DNA of 64,000 bases. It comes from Eledone cirrhosa. Lineage: Eukaryota. Made by a program: the position numbers and the translations under genes. Location: positions 75,826,001 through 75,890,000 of the forward strand of contig OZ024744.1 in NCBI GenBank assembly GCA_964016885.1, written 5' to 3'. Below the pieces are notes generated by a model that was not told the origin of the DNA, did not search any database, and was given only the letters and a program-made list of their open reading frames with translations. Position 1 is the stretch's first letter. Each line of letters opens with the position of its first letter. Below are positions 55,003 through 64,000 of this stretch, one piece after another.

Positions 55003-58000
55003 GGCGACCTACGTAGGAAATCGTATTATCGTGAGCTCTGCAAACGTTTGTTGTTTTCAGTAGTTTCAAATTGCCAGTTATGGAAAATTTTTGTTGTTAA
55101 GTGTTTATAAGTTCATATATATTACTTTCTGAAAAGGACACAAAAAATATTGGGGCCTTGAGCCCAAAACTTAAACATTTTATTTATCAAACAAAATATT
55201 TCTTTGAAAAAAAAACGTCGACGACAAATTTACTGTTATTAACAGACCAACACCCCCCTCTCAACCACCACCAACACCAAGACCATTGTGACCTTGCTAC
55301 GGTTCCCAACACTGAAAATATAATTAATAGCAGTCTAAATGATTTAGAATTGCCGCATAAAGACATGGATTTCCCGCCATTACCCATCACAGCGACAACA
55401 GAAACCAAAAAAAAAAAAATTATTATCTCGTGACATCGAAATAGATTCACCCAGAATCGACTCTGCCACGCCGAATACCACTGACACCACCACCACCACC
55501 ACCACCACATCCAGGACAACTGAAAATAAAAATAACAATAACGACAGCAACAACAACAATGAGAATAACAACAACAACATCAACACCACCGCAAAACAAA
55601 ATGTGTCGTTTGCCAAAGCATCCAAGAAAAGCGAAACAATCGAGGTAAGCCAGGATGAATTAAATGAAGCCAAGCGAAGGGTAAGTAGAGATGGGTACAG
55701 GGTGAGCCTACCCTCCCCTAATAAAATGGAGCATCGGCGCCTATGCACCGTGTCATATCGGACGATAAACACAAAATCACGCCGAGTTGAACGGGCATCC
55801 GAGTCCCAAATACAAAATGTTTTGGGACTATGTGTGGGCGAAAAAAACCGACATCAGACGTGGGCAGAAATATGGAACCGTGGACGTGTTCTTTGGAACA
55901 CCACAGGAAGCCAGAGAGCACTCCATAGCCCGATTAAGAAGTGACGACTTCACACTCGTCCCAAGCTATTGTGGTCAGAGACTCGTGAAGATCAGGGTGA
56001 CCCACGTTCCACCGGCCATCGAAATTCCCTGGCTAATGGCTGCCGTCCTCGCCGGCATTGAGGCCAACACGAAAATAATCGAAGGAACAAAAGAAAAGCA
56101 GGAGAACTGATCCGGATCTGGGATGAAGCTCCTGATCCAAGCGGACCAAAAAAGTATTGAGGAAATTCCAGAGGTGATAGACCTCACTGACGGCAGCTAC
56201 CTCACCGTAATCGTTGAGGGTAGAAGGCGTAGGTGTGTCGTTTGTGGTGAAGGAACCCACCTAAGGGCTTTCTGCCCTCAGGCTAAAAAGTTGAGGCCAC
56301 CTCTCTTACCCACTCCAGTGACTCAACCATCAACACCACCAGCAGCAGAAATTGCAGCAACAACTGTAGCAGCAACAAAAGAAGCAACTGTAACAGCAAT
56401 AACCCCAGCAAAAGTAGCAAAACCAACACCACCACCAACCACCGCGCTAGAACTAGCACCAGCGCCTACACCATCCACCACGTCACAACCAAAACCAATG
56501 CCTGCGGACGATTTCCACTCCCTGGCCTATAACAACTGGAGACGGATTGTGACGACAAGGAGTGGGAAACGGTATCAGGAAAAAAAAAAGCCAAAGAAGA
56601 AAAAATCCTCTTCCTTCCCCCTCCAAAAACAAAATACAGAGGGAAACAAATAAACTATCAAACAAAAAAGTTAGGACAAATAAACCACCATCCACACCAG
56701 CATCACCAACCCCATCACCACAAACACCAACACCATCACCATCATTAACCCCAACTCCACCATCACCAACACCACAAAAGTCACCAAAAAGCGAAACAGA
56801 AACAAACCCAAAACAAACGCAAACAAAACAAAACAACCAAAACTATACACACTACACAGCATTAAATTTGAACAACAACCAATTATTACACTACATCCAA
56901 CACAACACCAGCATCACAGAAAAAGACTACACAACAACCCAAAAGTTCACACCACCTCCACACATACAAATCACTCGCATCACACAGAAAACGTACACGA
57001 CACTAAAACAAAAATTCCCCAAAGACATCGGAGACTTCCGACAAGCACTCTCCAGGAGGATTTATACGGACATCCTTCCGGAGGAGGCCACAAGCAGTGA
57101 AAAGGATGGATAAACCATCCTTCCTCTACGAGTAGGCAAGTGGTCTTTCCCATCTTTCCCACTCCTTTTCAACATGACCTCACTCAGAATAGGCAGCATA
57201 AATGCGCGTGGTTTGGGTTCGTCATGGAAGCAGGGCCACCTGCTCAACGACCTCAGCTCACTGAACATAGATGTAGTGGCGATCAGCAAGACCAGAATCT
57301 CCGAAGCACGGGCCTTCGCACCGATCTTCGGCGGCTACGATGTGTACTCATCTCCCAGCCGTCCTGGATCGGGGGTGAGGAGTTGCTGTGCTCTTTCGGA
57401 GAGGTTTGGATCTCGCCATACGGGCCATCTTCCTGGACCCAGAAGGTAAGTTGGTGGTGCTGGACGTGACCAGCGGAGACGGGCAAGCTTTCAGGTTAGT
57501 GGCCGTCTATGCCCCGACAGGACCAGGGCGGCCAGATTTCTTCCGGCGTCTGGAGACCTTTCTTGGAACGTCTCACTCTTTAGTGTTAGTGGGCGACTGA
57601 AACGGTATCTTAGATGCACGCTGAGACTGTGTGGGATATTATTAGCGGATAGAGGAGGAGGGTGCAAGAGTCTCACCAACCTGCTCAGGCGTTTTGAACT
57701 GTCTGACAAGTGCCGATTGGATTTCCCGAATGTGCTAATGTGAATTTGGACACCGTCGTCGGGCGCTGGACGGACGGACCGTTTAAATTGCTAGGGGTTT
57801 CGTTCGCTCTGGACCTCCAGACGGACAAAAACTGAGACGAGGTGACGAGCAGGGTGGCTTCTCTCACCCAGAAATGGGCCGAGAGGAAGCTATCCATGAA
57901 AGGTCGAGCGGAGATGCCGTCGTACCTTGTCCTAATCCCCGCCTGACTGCGCTGGAGCGTTTGCTCTTTCGCTTTTTGTGGAAGGGACGCGCTCCGATTG

Positions 58001-59105
58001 TCAGGAAATCCATCTGCTGTCAACACCCGCTACGTGGAGGGCTGGGCATGCCGAGGCTGATGATGCGCAGATACGCGCTCAGGCTACGACATCTCCACCT
58101 CATCCTCGACGGTGATCAGGTGTGGTCGCCGTTTCCTAGACGCGTCTTTTCCCAGCTCGTCTGCTTGATGGAGTTGTCGTCCTGGGTCAAGCGAAAACCG
58201 AGAGGGAGCGCTTGGAGACTGGAATTGACAGCCCTCGACCAATCGGGCAATGTGATCAGTGGAAACTCCACCTCGGCATTCTATAGAGGATTGGTGGAGG
58301 GGAAGAGCGACGACGTAGTTGGGAAAACTCTATGCGTCGACGAAAATCAACTAGCCAATCTCTTCGGAAGTACTTTCGGGCCGGGGCCTATGGACAACTT
58401 CCAGAAATCCCTGGCCTGGTAGTGCTACCAAGGAGCTTTGCCAGTTCAGGATAAACTCTACAGGCACGGAGGTGCCGTCAGCTGGGCGTGTCCAAGATGC
58501 TCGCAGGCCGACGAAACCGTCCTGCACGAATTCGTCTAGTGTCCGGGCATTGCTGACTTGTGGGTTTATGTCGAACACCTGCTGTCGCGTGTAGGACGGA
58601 TCCAGCTATCAGCTGAGTCCATCGTGAGGATTGCCCCGCCCTCTTTCTTTAGCCGGGAAGGGCAGGTAATTTTTATCTGTCTGATGGCCATGGCGAAAGA
58701 GATTGTAAGGGCTGAAGACGAGCACTTACCTCTTCGGTGTTGCCCTGATTAACTTTTTCAAATTTCATTTGAAAAGGAAAATCAGGGTAGAGAGGGATGT
58801 GCTCTCTTACCAGCATGTTGTTGAAAGATGGGTGAGAGAGTATGTGCCTGTAAATTGAAGGTGGACAACTGGGAGAGGGCACTTGCCCTGGTGGTCTGGG
58901 TCACCGTGGCTTTTTTATGTGCTTTCTCCACGAATGTCCCTCGGAAGTCTACGCCTATTGGAGTATTTTTCATTGTTTCTTTTTTTGTTACATCCTCTGT
59001 TTTTTATTTTTTTACACGCAGAAATGCCCATTTGTACCGTCCTGTATTGTCCTGTACTGTCCTTAATGTCTACTTTGTGTAAACCCTTGTGGTTAATAAA
59101 GAAAG

Positions 59106-59106
<1 letters not shown>
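55003..59106 (+). mobile_element. Tx1/L1-clade LINE with both ends intact and ~1.6-kb internal ORF2 deletion (~57752), flanked by (ATT)n
   Basis: Starts ggcgacctacgtaggaaatcg like 59164. ORF1 remnants include YGTVDVFF and RCVVCGEGTHLRAFC (CCHC); the APE joins directly to the post-RT region. Confidence 0.95.
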
Positions 59107-59163
<57 letters not shown>

Positions 59164-59452
59164 GGCGACCTACGTAGGAAATCGTATTATCGTGAGCTCC
59201 GCAAAGGTTTGTTATTTCCGTTTGTTTAAAAATTGCCATTTATGGAAAATTTTATTGTAAATTGTTTATAAGCACACATACATTGTTTTCCGAAAAGGAC
59301 ACCCAAAAAGATTGGGGCCTTGTGCCCAAAATTTTAACTTTTATTATTATCCAAATTTTTTCTTTGAAAAAAAATGGCTAATTCCTCTCTGCACGAAGCA
59401 GCTGAAAGCCTTCCTCACAAAATAACACCTCACACCGACACCACCATTGTAA

Positions 59453-61310
59453 ATGTTACTACGTTTGCCAACACAAAAAAAAAATATAAGCAGTAGCAAT
59501 ATTTTAAATTTGTCTCAGGCAGACATTCATTTCCCGCCATTACCAATGCCTGCAGGTGTTAAACCCTCCACCACCACCACCACCGCGACAACAGAAACAA
59601 AAGAAGAAAAACATAAATTAACTCGTGACGTCGAAATGAAATCAAGCAAAATGGACTCTTCCCCACCAAAGACGACTGACGTCACCACCACCACCACAAC
59701 TGAAAATAAAATTAATATTAACGATAGCAACAACAACAACAATGACATTATAAAACCGACCCTCAGTTTCGCCATCGTAGCAAAACAATTCGAAGCGTTC
59801 ACGGTAACTCAAGAAGATTTAGAAAATGCCAAACAAATGGTAAAGAAAGATGGGTACAGGGTCAGCCTCACCCCCACCCCACCTAATAAAATGGAGCATC
59901 GGCGCCTGTGCACCGTGTCGTATAGAACAATAAATGTAAAATCGCGCCGAGTGGAACGGGCATCCGAGTCCCAAATCCAAAAAGCTTTGGGACATGTGTG
60001 GGCAAGAAAAACCCACATCAGACGTGGGCAAAAGTATGGAACCGTGGACGTGTTCTTTGAAACACCAGAGGAGGCTAGAGAACACTCCATGGCCCCATTA
60101 AAAAGTGACGACCTCACACTCGTCCCAAGCTATTGTGGCCAGAGACTCGTAAAGATCAGGGTGACCCACGTTCCACCGGCCATCGAAATTCCCTGGCTAA
60201 TAGCGGCCGTCCTCGCCGGCATCGAAGCCAACACGAAAATAATAGCAGTAGCAAAAGAAAAGCAGGAAAACTGGTCCGGATCTGGGATGGAGCTCCTGAT
60301 CCAAGCGGACCAAAAAAGCATTGAGGAGATCCCAGAGGTAATAGACCTCACTGACGGCAGCCACCTCACGGTAATTGTCGAGGGCAGAAGACCTAGGTGT
60401 GTCGTTTGTGGTGAAGGAACCCACCTAAGGCTTTCTGCCCTCAGGCTAAAAGGTTGAGGCCACCTCTCCTACCCACCCCAGTGACACAACCATCAACACC
60501 ACCAGTAGCAGAAATGGCAGCAACAACTGTAGCAGCAACAACAGAAGCAACTATAACAGCAACAACCCCAGCAACAGTAGCAAAACCAACACCACTACCA
60601 CCACCAGCAAAACCAACACCACCACCACCCAACGCTTCAGAACTAGCACCAGCGCCTACACCATCCACCACACCACAACCAAAACTAACGGCTGTGGAGG
60701 ATTTTCCACTCCCCGGCCTATCACAACTGGAGACAGATTGTGACGACGAGGAGTGGGAAACGATATCCGGAAAAAAAAAAGAAACCAAAAAAGAAAAAAT
60801 TCTCTTCCTTCCCCCTCCAAAAACAAAATACAGAGGGAAACAAATAAACTAAGAAACAAAAAAGTTAGGACAGATATGCCACCATCCACACCAGCATCAC
60901 CAACCCCATCAACCCAAACACCAAACCCATCACCTACACCACAAAAGTCACCAAAAAGCGAAACAGAAACAAACCCACAACAAACGCAAACAAAACAAAA
61001 CAACCAAAACGATACACACTACACAGCATTAAATTTGAACAACAAGCAATTATTACACTACATCCAACACAACACCAGCATCACAGAAAAAGACTACACA
61101 ACAACCCCAAAATTCACACCACCTCCACACATACAAATCACTCGCATCACACAGAAAACGTACATGACACTAAAACAAAAATTCCCCAAAGACATCGGAG
61201 ACTTCCGACAAGCACTCTCCAGGAGGATTTATAAGGACATCCTTCCTGAGGAGGCCACAAGCAGTGAAAAGGATGGAAAAGCCGTCCTTCCCCTACGAGA
61301 AGTAAGGTAA
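59453..61310 (+). pseudogene. Tx1 ORF1 (RRM-like region, CCHC zinc knuckle, Pro/Thr-rich linker) with two frameshifts
   Basis: Overlapping ORFs 59453-60457, 60454-60852 and 60753-61310; a G is lost near 60430 relative to ~56265 and there is an A-run slip near 60775. Start codon uncertain. Confidence 0.82.
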
Positions 61311-61344
61311 GTGGTCTTTCCCATCTTTTCCACTCCTTTTCAAC

Positions 61345-64000
61345 ATGACCTCACTCAGAATAGGCAGCATAAATGCGCGTGGCTTGGGGTCGTCATGGAA
61401 GCAGGGCCACCTGCTCAACGACCTCAGGTCACTAAACATAGATGTAGTGGCCATCAGCGAGACCAGAATCTCCGAAGCACAGGCTTTCGCACCGATCTTC
61501 GGCGGCTACGATGTGTACGCATCTCCCAGCCGTCCGGGATCGGGGGTGAGGAGTTGCTGTGCTTTTTCGGAGAGGTTTGGATCTTGCCATACGGGCCATC
61601 TTCCTGGACCCAGAAGGTAAGTTGGTGGTGCTGGACGTGACCAGCGGAGACGGGCAAGCTTTCAGGTTAGTGGCCGTCTATGCCCCGACAGGAGCAGGGC
61701 GGCCTGATTTCTTCCGGCGTCTGGAGACCTTTCTTGGAACGTCCCGCTCTTTAGTGTTAGTGGGCGACTGGAACGGGATCTTAGATGCACGCTGGGATTG
61801 TGTGGGATTAGTGGATAGGGAAGGAGGGTGCAAGAGTCTCACCAACCTGCTCAGACGTTTTGAACTGTCTGACAGGTACCGAATGGATTTCCCGAATGTA
61901 CCAATATGGACTTGGACAAATCGCATAGGGTCATCCAGATCATATCTAGATAGAGTATTTTGTAGGGAAATAGATAGGTCTAGCATAGGCTGTCCACAAT
62001 TCAAGATAGTCAGCTACACGGACCACAAATTCGTGATCTGTGTGCTTGACTTAGATAGGCTTCATAGACGAGGACCCGGCTACTGGAAGCTAAACGCGTC
62101 CTTACCAGCGCGCAAGGCCTACAGAGACCGGATTAGCGAACTAGTTAAGCGGGCGTTGACGGGGGCCATCGTCAACAACAAGTGGTGGTTTGCTCTGAAA
62201 AGAGCAATTAGAATAGAGTCCATTAGGTTTAGTAAGACTTTAGCAATAGAGAAAAATAGAGCAGAGGGAGAATTAGTTAGAAAATTAGATGAGGCGCTTA
62301 GCAAAGGCATCTCGACCGACGTACTTGCGGCGAAATTGGCCCTTGACCAATTCTTCAATGCAAGGCACGAAGGCTGCGTTGTCAGAGCTAGGGTGCGTGC
62401 TCTCAGACACGAGGGGACGAAAGCCGTTCAATGGGCCCGAGTGGCGGAGGCGCGTCGTAGCAACAAAGCCACGATCCGGTCTTTGGTGGACCACGACGGG
62501 CGCATGCTACTCGATCCCGGGCAAATGTGTGAAGCTTTTCAGCGACACTTCGCTCAACTGTTCGGGGGCAGTGGCGGGCCGGATCGAGGGATGGACTTTA
62601 GTGTCTACCTCGACGGACTGCCGCGGCTTTCGGCCACTGAGGCGGAGTGTTGCGAAAAGCCGATAACAACCGCTGAAGTACGGGATGCAATGACTAGTTG
62701 CACAAGGGGCAAATCGCCTGGTTTGGATGGTCTGCCCTATGAACTTTACGTACAAATGCCAAACTTGTTCGGAGGCCTCTTGGCGGACGTCTATTGCAAC
62801 TGGCAACAGAACGGTAGAATTCCCAGCTCTGTGAGCCGAGGAGCGGTGGCGCTGCTGAGAAAGGATCCGAACAAGGGGGATAACATAGATAATTTTAGGC
62901 CCATAACTCTGCTAAACACAGAGTTCAAGATTTTGGCCAAGGTGCTAGCAAAGAGGTTGGCGCTTGTCGTTGGTGGTCTGGTGGGAGAGGCACAGACATG
63001 CACCATTCCCGACAGATCCATCCAAGACAACCTCCACCTCATGCGATACATCGTAGAGAGGGTAGCTAGGGAACCTGGCACGGGTGGGTCTTTGATCAAT
63101 TTAGATCAGTCGAAAGCCTTCGATAGGGTCGACCATCGTTTCCTAGCGGCAGTCCTGAGGGCGGCTGGCTTTGGGCCCGTCTTCAGAGGCTGGATCGCTG
63201 CCATGCACAGCGACATCTGCTCTGTAGTGAGAGTGAACGGTCACCTTTCGGAACCGTTCAACATCATGCGCTCGGTCCGCCAAGGATGTCCCCTCTCGTC
63301 CCTATTGTACGTATTGACTCTCGAGCCATTACTGCACAAACTGGAGACGTTGAGGGGGGTCCCGCGCGAACTAGGATGCGGAAGATCCGTGTCAGCATAT
63401 GCCGACGATGTCACCGTAGTGGTGTCGAGCGCCAAACACATCGAGGCGATCGGCACTACACTAAGAGAATACGAAGCGGTGACAGGAGCAATGATCAACC
63501 AGGAAAAGTCAGTGGGCCTGCAGCTCGGCACCTGGAGAGGCAGGTCCATGCCGTCCAACAGTGTCGTCGGGCGCTGGACGGACGGACCGGTTAAATTGCT
63601 AGGGGTCTGGTTCGGTCCAGACCTCCAGACGGACAAAAACTGGGACGAGGTGACGAGCAGGGTGGCTTCTCTCACCCAGAAATGGGCCGAGAGGAAGCTA
63701 TCCCTGAAAGGTCGAGCGGAGGTGGCGAATGCGTACATCGCATCCGTCATCTACTACCGCCTGACCGTCGTACCTTGTCCTAAGCCCCGCCTGACTGCGC
63801 TGGAGCGTTTGCTCTTTCGCTTCTTGTGGAAGGGACGCGCTCCGATGGTCAGGCGGTCCATCTGCTGTCAACACCCGCTACGTGGAGGGCTGGGCATGCC
63901 GTGGCTGATGATGCGCAGACACGCGCTCAGGCTACGACATCTCCACCTCTTCCTCGACGGGGATCAGGTGTGGTCGCCGTTTGCAAGACACGTTTTATCC
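61345..64000 (+). CDS. Tx1 ORF2 (APE + RT), +1 frameshift at ~61547, then apparently open to the window end
   Basis: MTSLRIGSINARG..SETR. From 61559 one frame gives GDWN, SYLDR, TDH, KSPGLDG, QGCPLS and YADD (63398, same frame); no stop-terminated ORF is listed in that frame. Confidence 0.88.

Larger units (their letters stand above)
59164..64000 (+). mobile_element. Tx1/L1-clade LINE, 5' complete, running off the window end
   Basis: Follows (ATT)n 59107-59163; 5' UTR, ORF1 and ORF2 in order. Confidence 0.96.

Overview
Eukaryotic, AT-rich, repeat-saturated non-genic DNA. The SINE types and microsatellite load suggest a cephalopod/mollusc such as Octopus (inference). No host protein-coding gene, true tRNA/rRNA gene or CRISPR array is supportable. 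The window is dominated by non-LTR retrotransposons. (1) Two Dong/R4-clade families (RT + CCHC + restriction-like endonuclease), including one full-length copy (48919-53229) broken only by one in-frame TAG and an ATG>ATA change. (2) A Tx1/L1-clade family (ORF1 with RRM-like region and CCHC knuckle; ORF2 APE-RT) in three young copies plus old relics. (3) RTE fragments with (GAA)n tails. (4) Many tRNA-derived SINEs of two families. (5) A DD37D/maT-type Tc1-mariner relic, MITE-like palindromes, micro/minisatellites and a 200-N gap. Main observation: Dong, Tx1 and the commonest SINE all sit in (AAT)n/(ATT)n tracts with strict strand polarity (Dong sense = AAT; Tx1 and SINE sense = ATT), building nested stacks at 26.6-35.6 kb and 44.7-64 kb. 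SINE target-site duplications starting with (T)ATT suggest the ATT-associated Tx1 is the SINE's mobilising partner. Element boundaries were read by eye and may be off by a few bases.
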